In this document: positions 9,877 to 21,192 of the stretch, piece by piece
How positions within the stretch are numbered: the first letter of the stretch is position 1
Layout of the letters: every line of letters begins with the position of its first letter
From: an uncultured Gemmatimonadales bacterium
GTDB taxonomy: Bacteria > Gemmatimonadota > Gemmatimonadetes > Gemmatimonadales > Gemmatimonadaceae
DNA: 64,000 nucleotides
Assembly: GCA_963701965.1 (NCBI GenBank)
Contig: OY969695.1
Span: 1,312,001-1,376,000, forward strand
Direction: 5' to 3'
Translations under genes and position numbers: made by a program
Notes under the pieces: model-generated
The model's database searches: none
Told to the model about the DNA's origin: nothing
What the model saw: only the letters and a program-made list of their open reading frames with translations

Positions 9877-11370
9877 CTAGTGTTTCGGCCCGGTTCCGGG
9901 CGGCGGCGACTGGCTGGGCGCTCCCCCGGCCGGCGCGGGCGTCAGCCCCGGCAACGGCACCGCCAATGGCGGCTCGCTGGCCGACTTCGCCGAATCAGTC
10001 GACTTCCGCTCGGCCGTCGCCTTGGCGAGCGCCCGATCGATACCCGCTTCGTTGACCTGGTACTCGTACTTCGACCGCAGGATCTGCTCGATCGGCGTCG
10101 GCACGTCCACGAACCGTACGCCGGGCGTGCCGGACAGAAGCCGGTCCAGATACGTGTCCACGTGCGTCGCGGCGATCCGCTCGCGTTGGGGGACCGCTTT
10201 GGCGCTGTCCGCCAGCGCCTTCGGATCGACGCCCAGGGCTCCCCACGCGTTCACGATGAGCCCTTGGTAGCCCTTCTTGATGTCCGCCAGCTGCGACGAG
10301 TCGAGCGTGACCTTGGCGCTGTCCGCCGACCGGATCACCAGCTCATTCCGCACGAAGCTCTTGATGATCATCGGGATCTGCGAGTCCGGCACCGTCTGCG
10401 TGGTCAACTGCGTCCGCTGTTGCGCGGGGAACAGCGACAACCAGTGCGCCAGATCCGACGCCGAGAAATCGCCGTTGATCGACGTCGCCAGGACCGTCTT
10501 GTCCGACTTGTGCGCGTCAATGTCGGTGGCGACCGCCCGCGTTGTGACGACCGCGTTGGGCTTGACCGTGATCTTGCCCACCGAGTCGAGCTTGCCGAGG
10601 TAGGTGCTCTCCGCCGCTTGCTTCTGCTTCGCGCCCGCGATGCCGACCACCTGGTCCTTCACTTCGTCGTACGTCGGCCGGTAGATGATGTGATAGCCGA
10701 ACTGCGTCTTGATGACACCCGGCGCCACCTCGCCCGGCTTCGTGACCAGGAGCGCCTTCTCGAACTCGGGCACCATCTGCCCTTTCTGGAAGACCTTGAG
10801 ATCGCCGCCGTTGCGCGCCGAACCGGGATCCTGGCTGTTGTCCCTGGCCAGATCGGCGAAATTCGCCTTGGTCACCTTGGCGCGCAGCGCCTCGGCCTTC
10901 CGGCGCACCGAGTCCAGACCGGCCTTGGCCGTGTCCCCGCGCGGCGCCATCAGGAGGATATGCCGCGCCGACAGATAGTCGCCCGCCGCGTATTTCGCCT
11001 GATAGCCGGCCGTGTCCGATCCCATCTGCGTCTTGGTCAGCAGATCGAAGAACTTCCGCGCCCGCGCCGAGCCAATGACGGCCCACAAGGCTTGATCTTC
11101 GTCCTTTGGGGCCGTCAGCGAGTCGCCGCGCGCCGCCGCCCGGGCGATCAACTGGTAGTCAACCCAGAAATCCGCCAGCTGGTGCGCCAATTCCTTTTGC
11201 AGCGGCGCCTTGCTGTGGGCCAGCATCCCGGCCAGGCGCTCGACGGACAACTCCGTCGAGCCGGCGCGCGCCGCGACGTCGACATGCGTGGTCATCGCTT
11301 CGCTGAATCCGGAGCAGGCCGGAACAACCAGGACCACAATGAGCGGAACGAGTGCGGTACGACGTGTCAT
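9877..11370 (-). CDS. Lipoprotein parvulin-type peptidyl-prolyl isomerase
   Basis: Lipobox-like VPAC; SARHILL, FADLARDNSQDPGS, GGDL, MVPEFE, TQFGYHII. Confidence 0.88.
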   Translation of the reverse strand: MTRRTALVPLIVVLVVPACSGFSEAMTTHVDVAARAGSTELSVERLAGMLAHSKAPLQKELAHQLADFWVDYQLIARAAARGDSLTAPKDEDQALWAVIGSARARKFFDLLTKTQMGSDTAGYQAKYAAGDYLSARHILLMAPRGDTAKAGLDSVRRKAEALRAKVTKANFADLARDNSQDPGSARNGGDLKVFQKGQMVPEFEKALLVTKPGEVAPGVIKTQFGYHIIYRPTYDEVKDQVVGIAGAKQKQAAESTYLGKLDSVGKITVKPNAVVTTRAVATDIDAHKSDKTVLATSINGDFSASDLAHWLSLFPAQQRTQLTTQTVPDSQIPMIIKSFVRNELVIRSADSAKVTLDSSQLADIKKGYQGLIVNAWGALGVDPKALADSAKAVPQRERIAATHVDTYLDRLLSGTPGVRFVDVPTPIEQILRSKYEYQVNEAGIDRALAKATAERKSTDSAKSASEPPLAVPLPGLTPAPAGGAPSQSPPPGTGPKH

Positions 11371-11396
11371 AACGGTTCAATGAGATCGGATGGGGA

Positions 11397-14300
11397 TCAC
11401 GGTGTGAGGCTGCGGAGAGCACGGACCACACCGTCCAATAGCTCAACGCCGCCCAAGCGCATCAGCTTGAGCGAGAGCGGTTGTGTGCGGCGAACGTCGG
11501 TCTGGAATTGAACGCCGTGGAACGCCGCCGACAGCCCCTTGAGCCGGGGAGCGGTATCCTGCCGAAACGTAATACGGGCCTCGTCACCACGCACAAGGAT
11601 ACCATCGATCCCCAAGGCGCCGCCGACGATCCGCAGTACCGCGACAGTAAAGAAAGCTTTGGCCGGGGGCGGCAACGGCCCGAACCGGTCGCGCACCTCG
11701 GCCTCCATCGCGTCGATCTCCGTGGGGCTATCCACGCGGGTAAGACGCCGGTAGACGTCGAGCTTGGCGTCCTGCGACGGGATGTAGGTATCGGGCAGGT
11801 GCGCTGGTGTATCCACTGACACATCGGTCGGCACCGGCCGGGGGGCGGCATCGCCGCGCTGCACCCGACGCACCTGTTCATCGAGCATACGCAGGTACAT
11901 GTCGAACCCGACGGCCTGCACGAACCCCGATTGCTCGGGGCCCAGGATGTTGCCAGCGCCGCGCAGCTCCATGTCCTTGAGCGCGACGCGATAGCCCGAG
12001 CCCAGCTCCGTGTGGTGCTCCAGCACCTGCAGCCGGCGCTCGGCATCGAGATCCACGCTGTCCGGCACCATCAGATAGCAGTAGGCGCGCCGGTGCGACC
12101 GCCCGACGCGCCCACGCAGCTGGTAGAGCTGGGCGAGCCCGAATTGGTCGGCCCGATTGACGAACATCGTATTGGCGTTCGGCACGTCGAGGCCCGACTC
12201 GACGATCATGGTCGACACCAGGACGTCGACCTCGCCGTTCACGAACCGCCGCATCACATCCTCGAGGTCGCGCTCCCGCATCTGCCCGTGCCCCACCGCC
12301 ACGCGCGCCCGCGGCACGAGGCGCTGCACGTGGTCGGCAATGGCGATGATCGTCTCGATGCGGTTGTGCACGAAAAACACCTGGCCCCCGCGATCCAGCT
12401 CCCGTCCGATCCCCTCTTCAATGAGGCCGTCATCGAACGGCTCGACGAACGTGAGTACCGGCGACCGGTCGCGCGGCGGCGTCTGCATGAGCGTCATGTC
12501 GCGGAGTCCGGCCAGCGACAGGTGCAGCGTGCGGGGAATCGGCGTCGCCGTCAGCGTCAGCACGTCGGTGTCGAGCCGCAGTTGCTTGAGCCGCTCCTTG
12601 TGCCGCACGCCGAACCGGTGCTCCTCATCGATCACGATGAGTCCCAGATCGGCGAAGGTGACGTCGGGGCTCAAGAGCCGGTGCGTGCCAATGATCACGT
12701 CGATCTTTTTCGCCTTGAGCTCGGCCAGCGCCTGCGCTTGTTCCTGCGCGGTCTGGAAACGGCTCAACGCCGCGACGCGAATGGGAAAATCCGCCAACCG
12801 GTCGCCGAACGTCCGCGTATGCTGATCGGCGAGGATCGTCGTCGGCACGAGCACCGCCACCTGCCGGCCCGACTGCACGGCTTTGAACGCCGCGCGCACC
12901 GCGATCTCCGTCTTGCCGTATCCCACGTCGCCCACGAGGAGACGGTCCATGGGGCGCGGCCGCTCCATGTCCGTCTTGACATCCGTGGTCGCCTTCCGCT
13001 GATCCGGCGTATCCTCGAAGAGAAACGACGACTCCAATTGGCGTTGCCACGCGCCGTCGGGTGCGTGCGGCGGCCGGTTGGCGACCTGGCGCCGCGCGTA
13101 GAGATCGAGCAGCTCCGCCGTCATCTCGCGAATGGCGGCTTTGGTCCGATCCCGCTGCTGGGCCCACCGGCGTCCGCCCAGCTTGTGGAGCCGGGGCACC
13201 GGGGCGTCGCCCGAGACGTCCGCCGCCGCGCGATAGCGCTCCAGCTGGTCGACGCGATAGAGCGGCACGTTGAGCCGGTCGCCCCCCTCGTACTCCACCA
13301 CCGCGACTTCGACGGTGCTCTCTTTCACGAAGATCGTCTCGATCCCGCGATAAATGCCGACGCCGTGCTCCAAATGGACGACATAGTCGCCCGGCTTGAG
13401 CGCCGTGATCGTCTCCAACGAGATCCCGCTGCCGTATTTCCGGGCCCGCCGGATCCGCCGCTCGCGCCGGAAGATCTCGTGGTCGGTGAGCACGCGGAGT
13501 CCGGCGCCGCCGTCCGCGCCCGGGCCAATGACGAACCCGCCATCGAGCACGCCCACCGCCAGCGTCGCCGGCGTGCCCGACGGCCGCCCGTCGGAGAGAA
13601 GCTCCTCGAGCCGCTCGGCCTGCCCCGCGTTGTCGCACAGGATCAGCGTCGGCACGCCGTCCCGAACGACGCGCGCCAGGCGCCCAATGTCGCGGTCGAT
13701 CGCTTCCGGCGGGCGCAGCGGAAACCCCAGGGCGCCGACGCCCTCCCGACCGACGTCCACTATCGTGCCGAACTTCCCGAGGGTGTGCAGCGCATCGCCC
13801 GGCGATTGATACAGCTCGTCGCGCGACGTCACGTCCTCGCCGCGCCGGCGCGCCAGGTCGATGTGATGCTGCGCCTCGTCCCACGTGCGCTTGAACTCGG
13901 GTTCGAGCGCCGTATCGCGGGGCGTGAAAAGGATGGTGTCGGGCGGCCACAGCTCGGCCAGCGTGATCCGCTCGAATTCGCCGGAGTCCTCGCCCACGCG
14001 GCCGTCGACGGGGAGCACGAGCGCCATCTCCGCGGCCCGCGTCGATCGCTGGCTGACGAGATCGAAGTGCCGCATCTCAATGATCTCGTCGCCCCAGAAC
14101 TCCAGGCGGACGGGATCCGCCATCCCGAAGCTGTAGATGTCGAAGATCCCGCCGCGCACACTGTACTGGGCGACGTCCTCGACCATCGGCACCCGCTCGA
14201 ATCCAATGCGGTCCAGATGCGCGGCCAGATCCTCGAGCCGGCGCTGGTCGTCGCCGGTCCGCAGCTCGAGCCGCGCGCCCTGGACCGCGCTGGCCAGCCG

Positions 14301-14696
14301 CGTGCGCTCCAGGACGGCGCGCGCCGTCGTCAACAACACGCGCACGCCGCCCCGCCCGACCCGCTCGAGGGTCTCGACGCGCTCTCCCGCGACCTCGGCG
14401 TGGGGCTCGGCTTCGCCCAACCCTTCGCGCGGCGGATAGAGCGCGATCGACGTCTCTCCCGTACCGGTCAGCGACTGGAGATCGGCCAGCCACCGCTCGG
14501 CCTCCGGCAACCCCTGCGTCACCACCGCAATGAAGCGGCCGGGCAGCCGGCGCGCCAGCGCCGCGACCAGCACCGCATCGCCGGAGCCGGCCAGGCCCGC
14601 GACCCGCTCCCGCGTCGCGGGGCCGGGCAAGGTATTGATAAGCTGGGTGAACGCGCTCAGATGCTCGACGGCGTCGAGCAGGAGGGGGAGTGCCAC
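11397..14696 (-). CDS. mfd: Transcription-repair coupling factor
   Basis: UvrB-like N-terminal region, CarD/RID domain (GDYVVHLEHGVG), GDVGYGKT, DEEH, TATPIPRT, QLRGRVGR. GTG start at 14696 inferred. Confidence 0.96.
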   Translation of the reverse strand: MALPLLLDAVEHLSAFTQLINTLPGPATRERVAGLAGSGDAVLVAALARRLPGRFIAVVTQGLPEAERWLADLQSLTGTGETSIALYPPREGLGEAEPHAEVAGERVETLERVGRGGVRVLLTTARAVLERTRLASAVQGARLELRTGDDQRRLEDLAAHLDRIGFERVPMVEDVAQYSVRGGIFDIYSFGMADPVRLEFWGDEIIEMRHFDLVSQRSTRAAEMALVLPVDGRVGEDSGEFERITLAELWPPDTILFTPRDTALEPEFKRTWDEAQHHIDLARRRGEDVTSRDELYQSPGDALHTLGKFGTIVDVGREGVGALGFPLRPPEAIDRDIGRLARVVRDGVPTLILCDNAGQAERLEELLSDGRPSGTPATLAVGVLDGGFVIGPGADGGAGLRVLTDHEIFRRERRIRRARKYGSGISLETITALKPGDYVVHLEHGVGIYRGIETIFVKESTVEVAVVEYEGGDRLNVPLYRVDQLERYRAAADVSGDAPVPRLHKLGGRRWAQQRDRTKAAIREMTAELLDLYARRQVANRPPHAPDGAWQRQLESSFLFEDTPDQRKATTDVKTDMERPRPMDRLLVGDVGYGKTEIAVRAAFKAVQSGRQVAVLVPTTILADQHTRTFGDRLADFPIRVAALSRFQTAQEQAQALAELKAKKIDVIIGTHRLLSPDVTFADLGLIVIDEEHRFGVRHKERLKQLRLDTDVLTLTATPIPRTLHLSLAGLRDMTLMQTPPRDRSPVLTFVEPFDDGLIEEGIGRELDRGGQVFFVHNRIETIIAIADHVQRLVPRARVAVGHGQMRERDLEDVMRRFVNGEVDVLVSTMIVESGLDVPNANTMFVNRADQFGLAQLYQLRGRVGRSHRRAYCYLMVPDSVDLDAERRLQVLEHHTELGSGYRVALKDMELRGAGNILGPEQSGFVQAVGFDMYLRMLDEQVRRVQRGDAAPRPVPTDVSVDTPAHLPDTYIPSQDAKLDVYRRLTRVDSPTEIDAMEAEVRDRFGPLPPPAKAFFTVAVLRIVGGALGIDGILVRGDEARITFRQDTAPRLKGLSAAFHGVQFQTDVRRTQPLSLKLMRLGGVELLDGVVRALRSLTP

Positions 14697-14697
14697 G

Positions 14698-16644
14698 TCA
14701 CGCCGCCTTGTGCGCGGCGCGCCGCCCGGATCCCCCGGCCGCGCCGGATCGCGCGCCGGCATCGTCCGGACGCGAGGAACGGCGGGCCACGATCGATTCG
14801 GCGGCGAGTGCCAGGAGTGCCACGAACAAGAGCGGCGCCAACACCGATCGCGTGCCGTTGCCGGAGAGGAGCGCTTCGACCCACGCCGGCGGATCGGCGT
14901 ACACGCGCGCGCCCCGGCGCACGCTGCTCTTGAGCCGCCCGGCCAGACCGGCGGCCGGGAGCCGGCGCAGATCCGATTCGCGCGCCTCGCCATCGGACAC
15001 GATCGCCCCGGCGCGGACACCACCGCGGCGCAGGAAATAGACGCCCGGCGTTGCCGGCATGGTCAGGGATGTGCCGACGAGATTGCGCACCACGCCATCG
15101 GGGCCCTCCAACTGCTCGACGCCGTCGGGCCGGTCCACCGTCGCACCCGGCACCGTGTGGAGGATCGCCCCGGTACCCGCGCCCAGTTGCTGGGTGAGGA
15201 CGTCATCGACCCACGGCACAAACGACGCCCGGATCGGAAACGACGTCGCCGCTGGATCGAGCGGCAATGCCACCAGGACATAGCCGGGCCCGGCCACGAT
15301 CCACGGGGCGCCGCCCGCGCGCACGAGCGTATCGCGCGGAGCGACGCCGTAGGCGGTCAGCGGATATCGGCGGGTGACGGAAATGTCGGCGTCGGCGCGT
15401 GTCGTATCGTCATTCAATACGAGACCCGTGATGCGTTCCGGGGCGCCGGTACGCAGGGGCGCGAAGCGCCAGGGGACACCCGCGCGCTCGAGCGCCCGAT
15501 TGGCGGCGCCGACGCGCACAGGGTCGGACGGCGCGACAATGAGCGCCGGCAGCGTGTTGACGCGGTCCGCGGGCACGACCGCGACGCGGGTCGCGCCGCC
15601 GGCCGCCGCACGACCCGTCGACATGAGCGTCGACAGCGCGCCGCTCACGAACGGTCCGACGCCCGAATCCGCGTCAATGGCGGGCGGCGGACCGATCCAC
15701 ACCGCGAAGTGCCGGATGTCATCGGCGCGCAACTCATCGGGCTGGAGCTCGATGCTGCCGGGAAGCCACCCCCGCTCCGAAGGCGCCGCGTGGACCGAGA
15801 CGACCGGCTCCGCGCCCGCGCCGGCGGAGACCGTTCCCCGGGCCAACGTGCGGCCGCCAAGATCGATCCGATAGGTCGCCGAGTCGGCCACGCCGCCAAT
15901 GCGGCCCGTGACGGCGCCACGCGGGGTCCAGCGCACCGGTTGGGCGTCGGCTTCGAGGACGGCGTGATTGGGCGGCGGCGCCGCCGCCGGAGCCAGCACG
16001 ACGACGCGCGTCGCCCCGACATCGACTGGGGTCCCAGGCGCGTTCCACGTCGTCGCCTGCCCATCGGTCAGGACGCCGACGACTGCGTCGCCAGCCGTCA
16101 ATGCGGCGGCGTTGGAGACGAGCGCCGCGGCGCGGGCCACGGCGGCCGGTGGATCGCCCGCCGCTCCCAAAACCCGGACACGGGACAGCGCGGTCCGGAG
16201 CGACGTCGGTGTGCCGCCCTGCACCGCGCCATCGGCGGTCAGGAGCCACACGCGATCCGATACCGAGAGGCGGCCCAGGACGCGCCCGGCGTCGTCCTTG
16301 AGCCCATCGAGCACGGACCGGCCGCCGACGATCGCCAATGTGCTGAGCGAATTGTCCAGCACGAGGGCGACGACCGCGGGCGCATGCGCGGCGGCCGTGG
16401 GGACGAGCCGGCTCACGGGCTTCGCGGCGGCCAGCGCGATCGCGATGATGGCGAGCACGCGCAGCACCAGCAACAACAGATTGCGCAGCTTGACTTGCCG
16501 GCTGTGCTCGCGCTCGGCGCGCAACAGGTACCGGGCCGCGGGAAACTCGATCCGGGTTCCGGTCCGCCGGCGCATGAGGTGGAGCAGCAGCGGGATGGCG
16601 GCGCCCGCGCCGAGGAGGAGCAGAAGCGGAGAAAGAAAGCTCAC
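14698..16644 (-). CDS. BatA N-terminal / VWA-like membrane protein
   Basis: BatA motif PLLLHL...FP...LLLVLR; VWA-like LVLDNSLS and LTDG; C-terminal ESDL followed by a TM segment. Confidence 0.85.
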   Translation of the reverse strand: MSFLSPLLLLLGAGAAIPLLLHLMRRRTGTRIEFPAARYLLRAEREHSRQVKLRNLLLLVLRVLAIIAIALAAAKPVSRLVPTAAAHAPAVVALVLDNSLSTLAIVGGRSVLDGLKDDAGRVLGRLSVSDRVWLLTADGAVQGGTPTSLRTALSRVRVLGAAGDPPAAVARAAALVSNAAALTAGDAVVGVLTDGQATTWNAPGTPVDVGATRVVVLAPAAAPPPNHAVLEADAQPVRWTPRGAVTGRIGGVADSATYRIDLGGRTLARGTVSAGAGAEPVVSVHAAPSERGWLPGSIELQPDELRADDIRHFAVWIGPPPAIDADSGVGPFVSGALSTLMSTGRAAAGGATRVAVVPADRVNTLPALIVAPSDPVRVGAANRALERAGVPWRFAPLRTGAPERITGLVLNDDTTRADADISVTRRYPLTAYGVAPRDTLVRAGGAPWIVAGPGYVLVALPLDPAATSFPIRASFVPWVDDVLTQQLGAGTGAILHTVPGATVDRPDGVEQLEGPDGVVRNLVGTSLTMPATPGVYFLRRGGVRAGAIVSDGEARESDLRRLPAAGLAGRLKSSVRRGARVYADPPAWVEALLSGNGTRSVLAPLLFVALLALAAESIVARRSSRPDDAGARSGAAGGSGRRAAHKAA

Positions 16645-17561
16645 GCGCCGGAGCGACCCTGCCGCGCGGCGAAGGCGCGGCGCAGGGGAAGGCCAAACGG
16701 CGCGTCCGTGAGCACCATCTCGTACCGGGCGCCGTTCCGCGCGAAGGCGGCGCGCCACTCGGCAATGGCGGCATCGACGGTCTCACGGTAGGCGTCGCGC
16801 ACGTCGGCCACGGTCGCCGGCACTTCGAGCGCCGTCTCCGGATCGACGAAGACCGCGTCGCCCGCGGCCGCCAGCTCGCGCTCATCGGGATCCATGACAT
16901 GGAGCACGGTGACATCGTGCCCGGCCACGGAGAGCGCGCGCACGGCGCGGTCGACGGGCTCGACGTCGGTGAGGAGGTCGGAAACCAGGATCACCATCCC
17001 CGGGCGACGCACCATGCGCGCGGCGTGGGCCAAACCATCCGAGGCATTGGAGGCGCGACCCGCGCCCGGGCCGTCGAGCGCGGCGACAATGCGGCGCCAC
17101 TGCGTCGTGCGGGCGCGCGGCGCGACCGACGTCCGGACCGCGTCGTCAAAACGCACCAGCCCCACGGCGTCCCGCTGCCGGAGAAAGAGCAGCGAGATCG
17201 CGGCCACCAACCGCTCGGCATAAGCGAGCTTGGTCAGGCGCTGCGGCGACCCGCGCCACACCATCGACCGGCTGACGTCGAGCACGATCGTGGCGCGGAG
17301 ATTCGTCTCCTCCTCGAACTGCTTGACGACCCACCGGTCGGCACGGGCCGCGATCCGCCAATCGACATACCGGAGGTCATCGCCCGGCTGGTAGGGACGG
17401 TACTCGGCGAATTCCACCGAGAATCCCTTGCGCGGTGAGCGGTGCAAGCCCGCGAGGAACCCGTCGACGATCCAACGGGCGACGATCTCAATGTGACCCA
17501 TCGAGGCGAGCACAGCGGGGTCGAACAAATCGGCCCGGTCGGAACGCGAGCTTTCCATCAC
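16641..17561 (-). CDS. DUF58 (VWA-like) protein of MoxR-associated clusters
   Basis: GLHRSPRKGFSVEFAEYRPYQPGDDLRYVDW, VKQFEEETN and DVSRSM. Confidence 0.92.
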   Translation of the reverse strand: MMESSRSDRADLFDPAVLASMGHIEIVARWIVDGFLAGLHRSPRKGFSVEFAEYRPYQPGDDLRYVDWRIAARADRWVVKQFEEETNLRATIVLDVSRSMVWRGSPQRLTKLAYAERLVAAISLLFLRQRDAVGLVRFDDAVRTSVAPRARTTQWRRIVAALDGPGAGRASNASDGLAHAARMVRRPGMVILVSDLLTDVEPVDRAVRALSVAGHDVTVLHVMDPDERELAAAGDAVFVDPETALEVPATVADVRDAYRETVDAAIAEWRAAFARNGARYEMVLTDAPFGLPLRRAFAARQGRSGA

Positions 17562-17622
17562 GGATGTTCCATCACGGACCGGGAAAGGTAGACGTGGGTG
17601 CGGAGGCGGTCAATTTTCTGCC

Positions 17623-18393
17623 GTGCCCACGTTGATCATCACTGCCGACGATTTCGGCCTCACACCGTCCGTGACCCGCGGCATCGTCGCCGCCCACGCC
17701 GCCGGCGTCGTCACCGCGACATCGGTCATGGTCGGCCTGGCCGGGTGGTCGGATGCGTGCGCGCGGCTTCCGGACACCGCGCTGGACTTGGGCCTGCACT
17801 TGAATCTCCTCGTCGGCCGCCCGCTCACGCCGGCGCCGACACTTGTCGACCGCACTGGCGCCTTTCTGTCTCTCGCGAAGCTGACCCGGCGCGCTCTCGC
17901 ACATCTCGTCGACCCCGGCGACGTGGCCGCCGAGTGCGCGGCACAGCTCTCGGCGCTGCGCGCCGCGGGCGCGCGCGTCACCCACATCGACAGCCACCGG
18001 CACACGCATCTCCTGCCGGGGGCCTGGAGCGCCGTCATGGGGGTGGCGGCGCGCGAGGGCGTGCCCTATGTGCGATGGCCCAACTTCAAGTTGCTCGCCT
18101 TGGCCGTCTGGCGGCGGCCGACGCCGGGTACGGATCACTTTGCGGGGTTGGGCCTCAATGGGGCGGACGGGTTCGAGCGGTGCGTGCTGGACGTTCTGGA
18201 TCATCTGCAACCGGGAGTCACGGAGCTCATGGTCCATCCGGGATACGACGAGGCAGGGCTGGCGACGGTGGACCCCTACACGTGGCAACGCGAGCGCGAG
18301 CTGGCGGCGCTGACCGGTCCGGCAGTGCGCGGGCGCCTCGAGCGGGGCGACATCACTCTGACGCACTTCGGCAGGCTCGGCCCCCCCGGGTAA
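17623..18393 (+). CDS. YdjC/ChbG/HpnK-family carbohydrate deacetylase
   Basis: IITADDFG, GLHLNL, THIDSHRH and ELMVHPG. Confidence 0.9.
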   Translation: MPTLIITADDFGLTPSVTRGIVAAHAAGVVTATSVMVGLAGWSDACARLPDTALDLGLHLNLLVGRPLTPAPTLVDRTGAFLSLAKLTRRALAHLVDPGDVAAECAAQLSALRAAGARVTHIDSHRHTHLLPGAWSAVMGVAAREGVPYVRWPNFKLLALAVWRRPTPGTDHFAGLGLNGADGFERCVLDVLDHLQPGVTELMVHPGYDEAGLATVDPYTWQRERELAALTGPAVRGRLERGDITLTHFGRLGPPG

Positions 18394-18408
18394 GGCTATC
18401 TTTCGAGC

Positions 18409-20205
18409 ATGAAACTCGAGCACATCCGGAACTTCTGTATCGTCGCCCACATCGACCACGGGAAATCCACCCTCGCCGACCGGCTGATCGAGGCGACGGG
18501 GACGCTGGCGAAGCGGGAGATGAAGGATCAAGTGCTCGACACGCTGGACCTGGAGCGGGAGCGCGGCATCACGATCAAGCTCAACGCCGTGCGCATGACG
18601 TACGCCTCTCGATCGGGCCGGGACTATGAGCTCAACCTGATCGACACGCCGGGCCACGTGGACTTCACGTATGAAGTCTCCCGGTCGTTGGCCGCGTGCG
18701 AAGGCGCGATCCTCGTCGTGGATGCGTCCCAGGGCATCCAGGCGCAGACGCTGTCGAATCTCTTTCTGGCGCTCGACGCCGGCCTCACGATTGTCCCGGT
18801 CTTGAACAAGATCGACCTGCCGGCCGCCGAGCCGGAGCGGCGGCGCCAGGAGGTCATGGACCTGCTCGGCGTCTCGCTGGACGACGTCCTCATGGTCAGT
18901 GCCAAAGAAGGTCTCGGCATTCCCGAGCTGTTGGAAGCGCTCGTGGCCCGCGTCCCGGCGCCCGAGGGCGAACCGGACGGGCCGCTGCGCGCGCTCATCT
19001 TCGATTCGTACTACGACCGGTACCGGGGCGCGATCCCCAGTGTGCGCGTGGTCGATGGCTCACTCCTCCCCGGGATGACGATCCGCTTCGGCGCCAGCGG
19101 CGAGCAGTACGTCGTGAGTGAGGTCGGGTACAACCAGCTCCGCCAGGTGCCAGCGCCCGCACTGCGCCTGGGCGAGGTCGGATACGTGGTCGCCAACGTC
19201 CGGCACGTGAAGGAAACGCGGGTCGGCGACACGGTGTTCGATGCGACGCAGCCGCCGGTCGACAAGCTGCCCGGATATCAGGACGTCCGGTCCATGGTCT
19301 TCGCCGGCCTGTATCCGACCGACACGAGCCAGTATGAGAATCTGCGCGACGCGCTCGACCGGCTGCAGCTCAACGACGCGTCGCTCAACTACGAGCCCGA
19401 GACGTCGACGGCGCTCGGATTCGGGTTCCGCGCCGGGTTTCTGGGACTGCTGCACATGGAGATCGTGCAGGAGCGCCTGGAGCGCGAGTTCGATCTGGAT
19501 CTCGTCACCACCGTGCCCAACGTCGAGTACAAAGTCCATCTCGGCAATGGCGACATGATCCTGCTGGAGAACCCGTCGAAGATGCCGGCGGCGGCCGAGG
19601 TCGAGCGCATCGAAGAGCCGTTCGTCAAAGCGCGGATCGTGGCGCCCGCGGAATACATCGGACCCATCATGGCCCTGGGCTCCGAGCGGCGCGGCATCTA
19701 CATCACCATGAGCTACATCGACACCCAGCGCGTGGAATTCGACTTCGAGTTTCCGCTCGCCGAAATCATCCTCGATTTCTACGATCGGCTCAAAACGATC
19801 TCGCGGGGCTACGCGAGCCTCGACTACGAAATGCTCGACTACCGCGCCAGCAGCCTCGTCAAGCTCGACATGCTCATCAACGGGGATCCCGTCAATGCCT
19901 TCTCCGTCATCATTCACCGGGACAAGGCCTACGAGTGGGGTCGGAAGATCGCCGACAAACTCAAGGAACTGATCCCGCAGCAGTTGTTCGAGGTGATCAT
20001 CCAGGCCGCGATCGGCACGAAGGTGATTGCCCGCACCACCGTCAAAGCGCTGCGGAAGAACGTCCTCGCCAAGTGCTATGGCGGCGACATCACGCGGAAG
20101 CGCAAGCTCCTGGAGAAACAGAAGGAAGGGAAAAAGCGCATGAAGCAGGTCGGCACGGTGGAAATCCCGCAGGAGGCGTTCCTCGCGGTCCTCCAGGTCG
20201 AATGA
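18409..20205 (+). CDS. lepA: Elongation factor 4
   Basis: [55 protein letters not shown]. Confidence 0.98.
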   Translation: MKLEHIRNFCIVAHIDHGKSTLADRLIEATGTLAKREMKDQVLDTLDLERERGITIKLNAVRMTYASRSGRDYELNLIDTPGHVDFTYEVSRSLAACEGAILVVDASQGIQAQTLSNLFLALDAGLTIVPVLNKIDLPAAEPERRRQEVMDLLGVSLDDVLMVSAKEGLGIPELLEALVARVPAPEGEPDGPLRALIFDSYYDRYRGAIPSVRVVDGSLLPGMTIRFGASGEQYVVSEVGYNQLRQVPAPALRLGEVGYVVANVRHVKETRVGDTVFDATQPPVDKLPGYQDVRSMVFAGLYPTDTSQYENLRDALDRLQLNDASLNYEPETSTALGFGFRAGFLGLLHMEIVQERLEREFDLDLVTTVPNVEYKVHLGNGDMILLENPSKMPAAAEVERIEEPFVKARIVAPAEYIGPIMALGSERRGIYITMSYIDTQRVEFDFEFPLAEIILDFYDRLKTISRGYASLDYEMLDYRASSLVKLDMLINGDPVNAFSVIIHRDKAYEWGRKIADKLKELIPQQLFEVIIQAAIGTKVIARTTVKALRKNVLAKCYGGDITRKRKLLEKQKEGKKRMKQVGTVEIPQEAFLAVLQVE

Positions 20206-21192
20206 CCGCGGCGGGCGCCGCGACGGACGGCCGCCTCATCGTCCGCGCCCCGAATCATCTTGGTGACCTGGTGCTCGCGTTGCCCGCCCTCGCTGCCGCG
20301 GGCGACGCCGACGTGCTCGTCGTGACCAGTCTCGCGCCGCTGCTCCACTTGGTGCCCCTGCCCGGTCGCATTCTGACGCTGACGCGGGGCGCCGTCGGTG
20401 CGATCGCGGCGGCGCGCGCGCTCCGCGCGGCGCGGTACGCGCGGGGGGTCTTGCTGCCGCCGTCGTTTTCCTCGGCCCTGATCTTCGCGCTGGGCGGCGT
20501 GCGCTCCCGGCGCGGCGTCCCCACGGACGGGCGGGCCGCGTTGCTCAACGATCCCGCGCCCCGGCCCGGCGCGATCCATCGGGCCGCCCAGTATATGGGT
20601 CTGGTGACGCGGCACTCGGGATCTCCGCCGGTGCCGCGGCTGGATGTGCCGGCCCAGGCGCTGGAACAGTGGCGGGGTCTGGTGGGTTCGGAACCGGCGA
20701 TCGGCGTGTTCCCTGGTGGGAACGCCCCCAGTCGCCGGTGGCTGCCCGACCGCTTTACCGAGTTGGTGCGCCGGCTGACGCCGCCGCCGACGGGTCGTCG
20801 TGCTCGGCGCCCCGGCCGAACGGGAGCTCACGGCGGCCGTCGCCGGGACCGCCGGGTTGGACGCGGGAGGCCGGACCGACCTGGCGCTTCTCGCCGCCGC
20901 CATTGCATCCTGTGACCTGCTGGTGACGAACGACACGGGCCCGATGCATCTCGCGGCGGCCGTCGGCACACCGACAGTCTCTTTGTGGGGCGCCGGAGAC
21001 CCGCGGATCACGGGACCGCTCGGCGAGGGCCACCGGATGCTGCGGCACCCGGAGCTCCGCTGTGTACCGTGCGCGAAAAACAACTGCCCCCGCTCCGGCC
21101 GTGGCGATATTCTGGCGGCCGCGCACAAGGAGTGTTTGGCCCTGATCACGGTCGACGACGTCGAAGCAGCGGCCCTCGCCACTATATCATGA
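20202..21192 (+). CDS. Glycosyltransferase family 9 (heptosyltransferase II-like), frameshifted near 20780
   Basis: N-terminal half RAPNHLGD...PSRRW (frame of ORF 19935). C-terminal half GRTDL...[14 protein letters not shown]...C-x-P-C (frame of ORF 20800). One base missing at ~20778-20790. Confidence 0.85.

Noticed and set aside
20770..20800. Frameshift in the GT9 heptosyltransferase as phase variation or programmed recoding
   Set aside because: Only a short (ccg)n run with no slippery heptamer or long homopolymer, and triplet slippage would not shift the frame. Similar single indels elsewhere in the window point to assembly error; needs read mapping.
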